Of a stretch of DNA of 42,589 bases, positions 27,314 through 36,396 are shown in pieces. The notes under the pieces are model-generated. The model was not told the DNA's origin, did no database searches, and saw only the letters and a list, made by a program, of their open reading frames with translations. Origin of the DNA: an uncultured Candidatus Saccharibacteria bacterium. GTDB taxonomy: Bacteria; Patescibacteriota; Minisyncoccia; Phycocordibacterales; CAIZLB01. The stretch lies in contig CAZUJN010000002.1 of the NCBI GenBank assembly GCA_964620475.1, positions 33,185-75,773 of the forward strand, in the 5' to 3' direction. How positions within the stretch are numbered: the first letter of the stretch is position 1; each line of letters opens with the position of its first letter. Made by a program: the position numbers and the translations under genes.

Positions 27314-28735
27314 TTATATAGTCTCTACCACTAAGACATTTGATTCAGCGGTCTTTTTAAAAGGTGTACCTGAAACAACAACAACTTTATCTCCTTTTTT
27401 AACCAATTTATCTTTCAATAGAGAAGCTTTTGCATTTTTCCACGCATCTTCAAAATTTGTATATTTTGGAGTAACTCTTGCATATGTACCGTAGAATAGG
27501 TTTGATTGATTGGCTGTTGTTTGATCTGGGGTCATAAGTATAAGAGGTTTTTGGCCTTTATAACGAGCAAGCATTCTTACTGCGTAACCAAATTCACTTA
27601 TAGCAACTATAAACTTTGAATCTATGTTGTCAGCTGTAAATACCGCTGATTCACATATTGATTGACCTGTACTATGTTCATTTACACCTATATTGAACAT
27701 AACATTTTTCTGTCTAAGTTCATTCTCAACTTTCATGGCAACTTTAGTCATCATCTCTACGGCCTCTACCGCATAATCACCTAATGTTGTTTCTTCTGAA
27801 AGCATTATTGCATCTGTACCGTCATATATAGCGTTTGCTATATCTGAGATTTCAGCACGTGTAGGAACTGGATTTTTAATCATACTCTCTAACATCTGTG
27901 TAGCTGTTATAACTGGTTTACCTGCATGATTACATTTTTCTATAATCATTTTTTGATAACCGGGAACTGCTTCATAACCAACTTCAACCGCCAAGTCACC
28001 ACGACCGATCATAATAGCATCTGATGCTTCTATGATTTCATCTATATTTTCTATAGCTTCTGGGGTCTCAATCTTAGACATTATCATAGCTCTTGATTTT
28101 GCTTTATTTAAAATATCTCTAAGCTCTTGTACTTCTGATGCTTTTTTAACAAAAGAGAAAGCAACTATATCTACTTTATTTTTTATACCGAAAGCTATAT
28201 CTTTTTTATCTTTGTCTGTTAAAGCTCTTATTTTTAAATTTGCACCTGGTAAGTTTACTGATCTTCTTCCTTTTGTTTCTCCACCAACAAGGATTTTACA
28301 TTTTATCTCTTTACCTTTTATCTCCACTACTTCAAATTTCTTTTTACCATCATCAACCAAAACTATATTACCCACAACCAACTCTTCATGTAATGTTGGA
28401 TAATTCATGGCAACTCTATCCTTTGTACCCTTTTCAAGTTTATCACAAGTAAGTGTGATATATTCACCAGCCTTCAACATAACTGTAGGAGTTTCGAAGT
28501 CACCTATTCTAAACTTAGGACCTGAAAGGTCTTGCAATAACGCAGCTTTCAAACCTGTTTTAGCTGATGCTTTTTTATATGAATCTATTTTTCCTTGATG
28601 TTCAGCGAAATCACCATGAGAGAAGTTCATACGAATAACATTCATACCTGCCTTTAACAATCTTTCCATCTGTTGTGGAGACTCTGTTTTAGGACCTATT
28701 GTACATACGATTTTTGTTTTTTTACCAAGATGCAT
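27314..28735 (-). CDS. pyk: Pyruvate kinase
   Basis: KTKIVCTIGP, RMNFSHG, DLSGPK.R, KIETPEA, MIGRGDLAVE, TATQMLESM and DAIMLSEET. Confidence 0.97.
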   Translation of the reverse strand: MHLGKKTKIVCTIGPKTESPQQMERLLKAGMNVIRMNFSHGDFAEHQGKIDSYKKASAKTGLKAALLQDLSGPKFRIGDFETPTVMLKAGEYITLTCDKLEKGTKDRVAMNYPTLHEELVVGNIVLVDDGKKKFEVVEIKGKEIKCKILVGGETKGRRSVNLPGANLKIRALTDKDKKDIAFGIKNKVDIVAFSFVKKASEVQELRDILNKAKSRAMIMSKIETPEAIENIDEIIEASDAIMIGRGDLAVEVGYEAVPGYQKMIIEKCNHAGKPVITATQMLESMIKNPVPTRAEISDIANAIYDGTDAIMLSEETTLGDYAVEAVEMMTKVAMKVENELRQKNVMFNIGVNEHSTGQSICESAVFTADNIDSKFIVAISEFGYAVRMLARYKGQKPLILMTPDQTTANQSNLFYGTYARVTPKYTNFEDAWKNAKASLLKDKLVKKGDKVVVVSGTPFKKTAESNVLVVETI

Positions 28736-28808
28736 ATTTTTATTTTATTTTTATTTTCTATTAATTTGTAATATGTCTTGTAATATAACACATTTTTAGG
28801 AAAAATGT

Positions 28809-30581
28809 TTATCTATCTGCAGGTATTTCATAATAAGAGATAAGAAAATCAGACAAGTCAAGAAAAGGATTAGCTAAAGACTCTGAAGCATATCCAGAAT
28901 TTTTAGGATCAACAGTATAAATAAATACTATAAATTGTGGTTTATAGGCCGGAAAGAAACCTATGAAAGTATGTATACTTTTACCATCTATATAACCTCC
29001 TGTCTCTGATGCTACCTGAGCTGTACCTGTCTTAGCCGCTATAGTATAACGTGGGTTTTTTCTTTTACCATTTAACAATGAATGATCTACGTTATATACC
29101 AACATACTTCTAATCTCATCTATAGTTGCAGGTTTTAATACGGGTGTCTGTTTTGTTAAATCTTCAGGCTTGATTTCTTTAAATCCACCAATTTCGTATT
29201 TTATTTTATTCACTATATGTGGAGAGACCACATATCCGCCATTTGCAACGACAGACAAAGCTCTTATTGTTCCTATAGGACTCATGGCTATACCTTGACC
29301 AAAAGAAACTGTAGCATGTTCCACATCACCTTTCTCAAGATTTGACGTCAAAGGAGCTGATTCATTTGGTAAATCTATATTTGTTTTTTTATTCATACCA
29401 AAACTATAAAAATATTTTGTCATGACATCATTACCGACAAGTCTTGATATATACACAAGACCAGTGTTAAGTGACTGTGATAATGCCTCTTGCATAGGTA
29501 TATACCCTCTACCTTTTTTATCAAAGTTATGTATTGTCCTATCTTTTACCTTTATAAATCCTTCATCATTATATTTTGAATCAGCATGCACTTTATCGGT
29601 ATCTATACCCATAGCCATAGTTAAAGATTTTATAATAGATCCCATTTCATAAGAAGATTCAACTATATCATTTTTATAATATTCTATAGGAAAAGCACTT
29701 TCGTCATTATGTGAAAATGTTGGAACTTTAGCCATGGCAATAATCTCCCCTGTATATGGGTTCATAACTATCGCACCAGTTAAATCTGAATTTTGTTTAT
29801 TGTGTATCTCTCTAATCTTATTTTCTAGTTCTTTTTGAACGACTGGTTCTATGGTGGTATATATATCACCCTCCATCTGTGATTTATCCGTTATAACCTT
29901 TTTGGCACCTGCAAATAAATCTACAAAAAAATTACTATAGGCCTTATCTGCTCTATTCAAAATATTTTCATAATACTTTTCTAGACCGTATCGACCAGCC
30001 AATTCATCACCTTTAAAACCTATAGTACCTATAACATTAGATGCTAATTCATTACCTGGATAATATCTTTTTTTCTCTTTACCGAGACCCAAAAAATCTA
30101 ATTTTAAATCTCTTATTTGTTTTTGTTCATCCTCACTTAAACCTTTAACAAGCTCTAAATAAACATCATTCTTCTTCGCTTGTATCTTGATGAATTTTTC
30201 CTCTAAAATTCGTTTTTTATCCTCATTTAATTTTAATGTATTTAAAATCTTTGATTTAGTATCTGCAATCAATTGTTCCTCACTTTGCTTATTAATATTT
30301 TTATCTGATTTAACAAAAGTATAAAATGATTTTGGATTTATATACAAAGTATAATCATCTTTCATCGTTGCGGCCGCTACATGTGAGCCGTCTTTTTTGG
30401 TAAAGAAAATGCTACCCCTATCTACAATATTAGAATTTTTCTTTATGTATTGTCTATCACCTAAAGCAACATAATTATCATGTCTAACTACCTGAACTAT
30501 ATAAAGCTTAAATATCAAAACTATAGCCACCAAAATAAAGGCTATCGCCAATAATCTGATTCTATTAATAAAAGTATTCAT
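28809..30581 (-). CDS. ftsI: Class B penicillin-binding protein (FtsI/PBP2-like)
   Basis: N-terminal TM, RGSIF, RYYP, GLEKYY, YEMGSIIK (SxxK), SLN and KTGTAQ. It lies downstream of mraZ-rsmH-ftsL. Confidence 0.9.
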   Translation of the reverse strand: MNTFINRIRLLAIAFILVAIVLIFKLYIVQVVRHDNYVALGDRQYIKKNSNIVDRGSIFFTKKDGSHVAAATMKDDYTLYINPKSFYTFVKSDKNINKQSEEQLIADTKSKILNTLKLNEDKKRILEEKFIKIQAKKNDVYLELVKGLSEDEQKQIRDLKLDFLGLGKEKKRYYPGNELASNVIGTIGFKGDELAGRYGLEKYYENILNRADKAYSNFFVDLFAGAKKVITDKSQMEGDIYTTIEPVVQKELENKIREIHNKQNSDLTGAIVMNPYTGEIIAMAKVPTFSHNDESAFPIEYYKNDIVESSYEMGSIIKSLTMAMGIDTDKVHADSKYNDEGFIKVKDRTIHNFDKKGRGYIPMQEALSQSLNTGLVYISRLVGNDVMTKYFYSFGMNKKTNIDLPNESAPLTSNLEKGDVEHATVSFGQGIAMSPIGTIRALSVVANGGYVVSPHIVNKIKYEIGGFKEIKPEDLTKQTPVLKPATIDEIRSMLVYNVDHSLLNGKRKNPRYTIAAKTGTAQVASETGGYIDGKSIHTFIGFFPAYKPQFIVFIYTVDPKNSGYASESLANPFLDLSDFLISYYEIPADR

Positions 30582-30877
30582 TATCTTCTAGCTAAACTAA
30601 TATCATTTATATTAACATAAGCTATTATATCTTCTGTGTTTTTCTTATAGCCCATAGAAATAGCCTTGTCTAAATTTATTGCAGAAATCTCTCTTATATA
30701 ATCATATTCTTTTTGATTTATATCAGCAGATAGACTCTCAACTTGCTTATTATTTAACTCTGAAGCAGAGGCCAGAACAACAGTTTTATATATACATATT
30801 ATGTATGACAATGTTAACGCTATTGTCATTACTATAACTGATAATGTATATGTATTTTTTGTTATTCTGTTTTTCAT
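30581..30877 (-). CDS. ftsL: FtsL-like bitopic coiled-coil protein
   Basis: Sits between rsmH and the PBP. It has a single TM followed by a coiled-coil-like region and the I...A..MG motif. Confidence 0.55.
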   Translation of the reverse strand: MKNRITKNTYTLSVIVMTIALTLSYIICIYKTVVLASASELNNKQVESLSADINQKEYDYIREISAINLDKAISMGYKKNTEDIIAYVNINDISLARR

Positions 30878-30890
30878 TTTTATTAATTTA

Positions 30891-31820
30891 TTAATTTTTA
30901 TTAAATATTCTTAATTTTGCGCTTCTAGATTTTGGATTATTCTTTATTTCTTCCTCTGTTGGTATAATAATTTTTTTATTTACTCTCTTACCTTTATTTT
31001 CTTCTTCTAATTTCTTAAAATATTGTTTAACAATAATATCTTCCAAACTGTGATAACTTATAACCGCGATATATCCATCATTTCTTAAAATATCATAGGC
31101 ACCACTTAAACCTTTGTCTAAAGATTGTAATTCATCATTAACAGCAATCCTTATGGCCTGAAAAGTTTTTGTAGCTGGGTGAATCTTAAATTTCTTACCA
31201 TTAAAAACTTGATTTTGTATAATATCCGCCAATTGACCCGAAGTTTCTATTTTTTGTTTTTCCCTGACTTCAGCTATTTTATTGGCTATACGCCAGGCAG
31301 ATTTTTCATCAGCATAATTTCTAAGTATTAGAGTTATATTTTCGACAGACCAAGAATTTACAATATCATAAGCAGTTAATTCATTTTCTTTTGCATCTAA
31401 GGTTGAGAATCTCATGTCTAACCTTTCATCGTATTTAAATGAGAACCCTCTACCAGCGCCATTCAACTGATATGTACTTAATCCTAAGTCAAATAAAACA
31501 CTATTGAATTTTATACCTTTGATTAGATCTAATATATTAGCGAAGTTTCCTTGTATGATATTTATATGAATATTTTTATTATCTTCATATTTTTTAAGAA
31601 ATTCTTTACCTCTTTTTATTGCATCTTGATCTAAATCAAATGCATAAATAAATATGTTTTTATATTTTTTTGAAGATAATAGATTTTCTATAAAATATTC
31701 TACATGTCCACCATCACCAAAATTACAATCTAAATGATAATAATCTTCAAACCCACCCTTATTATTAATGACAATGTGCTCATAAATCTCTTTGGCTAAT
31801 ACAGGTATATGTCTGATCAT
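30891..31820 (-). CDS. rsmH: 16S rRNA (cytosine1402-N4)-methyltransferase
   Basis: HIPVL, DC.FGDGGH, DLGLSTYQL...GRGFSF, IHPATKTFQAIRIAVN, SYHSLED and NPKSRSAKLR. Confidence 0.97.
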   Translation of the reverse strand: MIRHIPVLAKEIYEHIVINNKGGFEDYYHLDCNFGDGGHVEYFIENLLSSKKYKNIFIYAFDLDQDAIKRGKEFLKKYEDNKNIHINIIQGNFANILDLIKGIKFNSVLFDLGLSTYQLNGAGRGFSFKYDERLDMRFSTLDAKENELTAYDIVNSWSVENITLILRNYADEKSAWRIANKIAEVREKQKIETSGQLADIIQNQVFNGKKFKIHPATKTFQAIRIAVNDELQSLDKGLSGAYDILRNDGYIAVISYHSLEDIIVKQYFKKLEEENKGKRVNKKIIIPTEEEIKNNPKSRSAKLRIFNKN

Positions 31821-31824
31821 TTTT

Positions 31825-32283
31825 TTATATTGCTCCTATTGAACTTAATTTAGATGCTAGACTATCTGCTTGTTTTAAAATCTTTTCTTTATATTCTTTC
31901 CATCTCTTATCTTCCCAAATCTCTATACGAGTATGAACTCCGGCAAAAACTAATTTACTATTTGATTTTTTATCATCTGTTGTTTTTACACCAGCATATT
32001 CTCTCAAGAAATCAGGAATCAAGATTCTTCCAGCGGTATCTATTTCCAATTCAACAGCACCTGCCAACATAATTCTGTTAAAACCACGAGAGTCTGAATT
32101 ACCTATTGATAAATTTCCTAATTGCTCAGCGATTTTACTCCATTGTGACAATGTAAACATAAACAAACAGTTGTCGAGACCGTGTGTGACAATAACTTTC
32201 TTACCAAGTTCTTTTCTAAACTTGGAAGGAAGTGAAAGTCGTTTTTTGTCATCCAATGTATGTGTAAATTCGCCAATAAACAT
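31825..32283 (-). CDS. mraZ: Division/cell-wall cluster transcriptional repressor MraZ
   Basis: MFIGEFTHTLDDKKRLSLPSKFR, LD.AGRILIP.FLREYAG and IEIW. Start trimmed to 32283. Confidence 0.97.
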   Translation of the reverse strand: MFIGEFTHTLDDKKRLSLPSKFRKELGKKVIVTHGLDNCLFMFTLSQWSKIAEQLGNLSIGNSDSRGFNRIMLAGAVELEIDTAGRILIPDFLREYAGVKTTDDKKSNSKLVFAGVHTRIEIWEDKRWKEYKEKILKQADSLASKLSSIGAI

Positions 32284-32307
32284 AATTTTTAATAATTTTC
32301 TTTTATA

Positions 32308-32357
32308 ACACTTTGTCCCACTACATACCATTATATACCACTTACCTACATTTGCAA
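32308..32357 (-). promoter_or_regulatory. mraZ promoter with 10-bp-periodic MraZ-box-like repeats
   Basis: Minus strand ATGT/GTGG/ATGG/GTGG/GTGT at exact 10-nt spacing (32351, 32341, 32331, 32321, 32311), overlapping TTGCAA-N16-TATAAT. Confidence 0.8.
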
Positions 32358-32378
32358 ACAAAAAACCACACTTTGTTG

Positions 32379-32387
32379 TGTGGATAA
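32379..32387 (-). promoter_or_regulatory. Perfect DnaA box
   Basis: TTATCCACA on the minus strand, upstream of the mraZ promoter. Confidence 0.65.
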
Positions 32388-32389
32388 TT

Positions 32390-32425
32390 AAAAAGGGTCC
32401 GACGCTGTGTTATGGCGTCGGACCC
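32390..32425 (-). terminator. Terminator of unit 4
   Basis: Perfect 11-bp stem GGGTCCGACGC-cataacaca-GCGTCGGACCC plus T5. Confidence 0.85.
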
Positions 32426-32454
32426 AGTGAAAACGCGGGTGAGGCGTAAGGGTT

Positions 32455-32889
32455 TCAGGATTCTTCGTCTTCCTCAATCCGCTTTGCGGCAATGATCATG
32501 ACATGATGACCCGTAATTGCCATATTCGGACTGAATCTGACTTTTTTCCAAGTCTTCCGTTCGCGGTCCCACAAGAGACAGTTCCTTCGATCGTCGCGAT
32601 GCCTGAGCGGAATCGCGAGGTCAAATTTCATCTCAACCGGATCCGGCAGATTGATGACAGAGTCTTCGATATGAATCGAATCAATCACACCCGTGGGTGC
32701 AAAAGTGTAATTCTCATCGATGACGTCTGACATCATGGCACAGATGTCAACCGGTTTCGTCCTGTCAATCGGTAAGACCACGCCAAGAAGAGTGGCTTTA
32801 TCGAATTCACCGAGCGGTACAACCACCCAGTCCGTCGTCGTTGTTGCTTCAGCAATCATAGTGTCCCAATGTATTAGTGTTTTGTTCAC
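32455..32889 (-). CDS. Orphan protein (GC-rich unit 4)
   Basis: About 55% GC in a sampled line, between a promoter and a terminator. Start is GTG 32889 or ATG 32859. Confidence 0.72.
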   Translation of the reverse strand: MNKTLIHWDTMIAEATTTTDWVVVPLGEFDKATLLGVVLPIDRTKPVDICAMMSDVIDENYTFAPTGVIDSIHIEDSVINLPDPVEMKFDLAIPLRHRDDRRNCLLWDRERKTWKKVRFSPNMAITGHHVMIIAAKRIEEDEES

Positions 32890-32947
32890 ACCAAGAGCTC
32901 TCGACCGGTCCCAAGATCGGAGGGGTGTTCAGGGTGCAACGTATTTA

Positions 32948-32976
32948 TTTATACCACATTAAACCTCATGACTCAA
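32948..32976 (-). promoter_or_regulatory. Promoter of unit 4
   Basis: TTGAGT(32976-32971)-N17-TATAAA(32953-32948) with TGn. The -35 lies inside the last murG codons. Confidence 0.7.
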
Positions 32977-34098
32977 GGCTATATTCAATACTTCATGAGC
33001 TATTGTTTTTGCTGCATTGGGAGTAGAAAAATCCCTAGCATTCTTAGACATTTTCTCATGTAAATCTGGATTATTTAAAATCTTCTCTATCTCATTTATC
33101 AAAATCTGTGGTGATAAATTTGCCTCTTCAACCACGGCACATGCCCCGCTTCTAGAATAGTTAAAAGCATTTTTTCTTTGATGATCACCATTTGAATCAG
33201 TTATGGGTATAAGTATAGATGGTACTCCCCAAGCTGCTATCTCAAATATACCTGATCCAGATCTTGAAATAATAATATCTGATATACCACCCAACATTCT
33301 CATAGACATCATATTTAGATAATCCATAGGTTTATATCTATCAGGATTTGTAGCACCTTCTAAAGATATATCTGCCATACCTTTAACTATTTCAAAATTT
33401 GCTTTCCCTGTTTGATGAATTATTTGATATTTTTTAACTAATTCTGGTAAAACACTAACTATAATATCATTTATCTTCTTTGCGCCTTGAGATCCGCCCA
33501 ACACTGATATGGTTTTTAGATTTGGATCAAGTTTTAAATATTCATAAGCACCAATCTTAATAGGTGTTAATAATTCTGATCTAACTGGCTGACCTGTATA
33601 TGCAACTTTTTTAATATCAAAATGCTCTGCTGCTTCTTTAAAAGATACTGCTATTTTTTGAGCAAATTTACCCGCCCATACATTTACCCTGCCAGGAACA
33701 GAATCTGATTCATGTACTATAACTGGTATACCAAAAAATCTAGCGGCAAATAAAGTTGGAAAACTAGTATAACCGCCTTTTGCAAAAACAACATCTGGGA
33801 AAATGGTAAATATCTTTAAAATACCAATAAACACACCGAAGCCCATTTTAAATATATCTATAAAATTATTCAAAACAGCTATACCCTTAGGGTTTACACG
33901 TCTCTTGCCTGCTGGTATACGAACAAATTTAATATCTCTATCAAAGAGTTCTTTAGCATTATATGGACTAGGGCCAGTATAATATATCTTTGGATCCAAT
34001 ATTTTTTGTTCTGCACACTCTGCCCTTATAGCATCCACCACAGCTAATAATGGATAAAAGTGACCTCCTGTTCCACCTCCGGTTATAACTATTTTCAT
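32959..34098 (-). CDS. murG: UDP-GlcNAc:lipid I GlcNAc transferase
   Basis: TGGGTGGHFYP, KGGYTSFP, HESD.VPG..N, LGGSQGA and HQ..NA. Confidence 0.97.
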   Translation of the reverse strand: MKIVITGGGTGGHFYPLLAVVDAIRAECAEQKILDPKIYYTGPSPYNAKELFDRDIKFVRIPAGKRRVNPKGIAVLNNFIDIFKMGFGVFIGILKIFTIFPDVVFAKGGYTSFPTLFAARFFGIPVIVHESDSVPGRVNVWAGKFAQKIAVSFKEAAEHFDIKKVAYTGQPVRSELLTPIKIGAYEYLKLDPNLKTISVLGGSQGAKKINDIIVSVLPELVKKYQIIHQTGKANFEIVKGMADISLEGATNPDRYKPMDYLNMMSMRMLGGISDIIISRSGSGIFEIAAWGVPSILIPITDSNGDHQRKNAFNYSRSGACAVVEEANLSPQILINEIEKILNNPDLHEKMSKNARDFSTPNAAKTIAHEVLNIALSHEV

Positions 34099-34122
34099 AA
34101 TATTTTGATTATAACATCTATA

Positions 34123-35286
34123 CTATTTTACTCCAATCTTCTTCTCCCTAGAGGCTGATAAAATAATACCTATAGACATCAAGGATATAAGTAAAGATGT
34201 TCCTCCATGACTAACAAATATTAACGGTGTACCTGACAATGGCAACATACCCATCATAGCACTCATATTTATAAATGACTGTATAACTATAAGACATAAT
34301 AAACCCACTATAACAAGAGATCCATATGAAGATGATTTTGTAGCAATTTTAAAACCTCGAAGTAGAAATATTATATATAATGTTATTAGTAAAAATGTAC
34401 CAATAAAACCAAAATCTTCAGCAGCGACTGCAAATATGGAGTCACCAATAGGTTCTGGTAAATATTTAAATTTTTGCAAACTTTGACCATATCCACGACC
34501 TGTTATCCCTCCTGAACCTATTGCAATCAATGATTGTTGAAATTGATAACCCGCACCTGTTGGATCACTACTTGGATCCAAGAATATATGAACTCTCTTC
34601 ATAACATAAGGTCTAGAAAATACTATTACAGATAGGACTATTCCACCTATTAGACCCAATATTATTATATCCTTATAATTACCACCAGAAACAAAATACA
34701 TTATAACCAAAGATAGCAGTATAACACCCAAGATATCTGTATCAGGCTGCAATAAGAATAAAATACTACTTATACCTGATATTATAATAAGCGGTAAAGT
34801 CCTAACAAAAAAATTATCATTTGTATTTAATTTTTTTCCAAAATCTTTCATTAACCACATAGCCATGTATAATACTACACCTATTTTATAAAATTCAGCA
34901 GGCTGAAAACTAAAGCCAAATATCTCTACCCAACGTCTTGCACCACCATGATAAACACCTATACCAGGGACGAAAACCATAATCATGAGTATTACAGTTG
35001 CAACATATATATAAAAAGATGTCTTTCTCCAGAAATTTATTGGTATTTTATAACATATATACATCAATATTAATCCACCCATAAACCCGAGTCCATATTG
35101 ATTAAATCTAACAGCATCGTATTTTACTGTACCAATAAGCATAATAATAGCCGATGAAAATATAATCAAACCAACAGTTATTAATGCAAAGGTAATAAAT
35201 AAAAATGGTTTATCAACGCCCTGTTCTATCTTCGCCAAGGTTTTTGATTTTCTATTATTGAGATTTTTCTTTTTAAAAAGGTTCAT
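34123..35286 (-). CDS. ftsW: SEDS peptidoglycan glycosyltransferase FtsW/RodA
   Basis: GARRWV, SFQPAEF.K, LLQPD, GYQ..QSLIAIGSGG..GRGYG.S.QK..YLPE..DSIF..EDFG and PL.G.PL.FVS.GG. Confidence 0.93.
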   Translation of the reverse strand: MNLFKKKNLNNRKSKTLAKIEQGVDKPFLFITFALITVGLIIFSSAIIMLIGTVKYDAVRFNQYGLGFMGGLILMYICYKIPINFWRKTSFYIYVATVILMIMVFVPGIGVYHGGARRWVEIFGFSFQPAEFYKIGVVLYMAMWLMKDFGKKLNTNDNFFVRTLPLIIISGISSILFLLQPDTDILGVILLSLVIMYFVSGGNYKDIIILGLIGGIVLSVIVFSRPYVMKRVHIFLDPSSDPTGAGYQFQQSLIAIGSGGITGRGYGQSLQKFKYLPEPIGDSIFAVAAEDFGFIGTFLLITLYIIFLLRGFKIATKSSSYGSLVIVGLLCLIVIQSFINMSAMMGMLPLSGTPLIFVSHGGTSLLISLMSIGIILSASREKKIGVK

Positions 35287-35310
35287 AGTTTAGTAAATAG
35301 ATAAATTTTA

Positions 35311-36396
35311 TTATGACAATAAAGCAATTATAACTCCTAACACTGAGCATATTATAGATATAATCCAATAACGCATAGTTACTCTAGCTGAAGACCAGCC
35401 TATAGCTTGAAAATGATGATGTAATGGTGCTATGCGGAATATTTTTTTATGAAAATATTTCTTAGAAAACATTTGTATTGTCGATGAAGCAGAGGTTGCT
35501 AATAAAGGCAAAGCGATGATAGCAAGCACAACAACTTCACCTGTTAAAAATGCAAACATGGACAATACTATAGTCAAACCCAACATACCTGTTTCTCCTA
35601 AATAGAATCTAGCTGGAGGTATATTAAACCATAAAAACGCTAACAAACCTCCAACTATAGCGCCACCGAGTGCCGCAAGATCATATTGATCTCCAGCAAA
35701 AGCGATAAGAGTATATGCCATGAATGCAGGTATCATCACACCTGCAGCTAAACCATCTATACCATCTATAATACCCCCAGAAAATATAGCCAAAGAAACT
35801 ATCAGGAATAAAAACACAAAACCAAAACCTAAATATATATCACCCATAAAAGGTATATGAACAGTATTCATACCGAGTTTTACATAAAACCAATATGCTC
35901 CTATAAGGGCTGTTAATAATACAAAGAATATACGTGTTTTTCGTGATATACCGTCACCTAATTTTAAGTCCCTACCATATATTTGCAATAAGTCATCAAT
36001 TAATCCAAATATAGATCCCGCAATTAAGGCAACAATTAGTAAAGCTGTTTGATTCCTTGAAAAGAAATTTATCTTATCTAATAGATTATGAGCTATGATA
36101 TGATCATAACTTATATATTCTCTCACTATTAATTGAAATAAAAATGTAAATACTATAGTTAATATAATCGACAGCCAAACTATTATTCCACCCACCCTAG
36201 GTGTATGTATCTCTTCTTCATGATTATGAATCCTTTGAAATTCTAGAGACATGGCTGCTGTATTTTCTGAACTTCTAGATTTCTTTTTCCACATCTTATA
36301 TTTATACATCAATGATGTTAAATATGGCGTAATTAAAATACCGATTATGAATGATAATAAAGTCGGTAATAAAACTTTTAGAGCTGATAGTATCAT
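35311..36396 (-). CDS. mraY: Phospho-N-acetylmuramoyl-pentapeptide transferase
   Basis: TPRVGG, GLIDD, DGIDGLA, FN..PAR.YLGETG and IAPLHHHF...GW. Confidence 0.93.
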   Translation of the reverse strand: MILSALKVLLPTLLSFIIGILITPYLTSLMYKYKMWKKKSRSSENTAAMSLEFQRIHNHEEEIHTPRVGGIIVWLSIILTIVFTFLFQLIVREYISYDHIIAHNLLDKINFFSRNQTALLIVALIAGSIFGLIDDLLQIYGRDLKLGDGISRKTRIFFVLLTALIGAYWFYVKLGMNTVHIPFMGDIYLGFGFVFLFLIVSLAIFSGGIIDGIDGLAAGVMIPAFMAYTLIAFAGDQYDLAALGGAIVGGLLAFLWFNIPPARFYLGETGMLGLTIVLSMFAFLTGEVVVLAIIALPLLATSASSTIQMFSKKYFHKKIFRIAPLHHHFQAIGWSSARVTMRYWIISIICSVLGVIIALLS

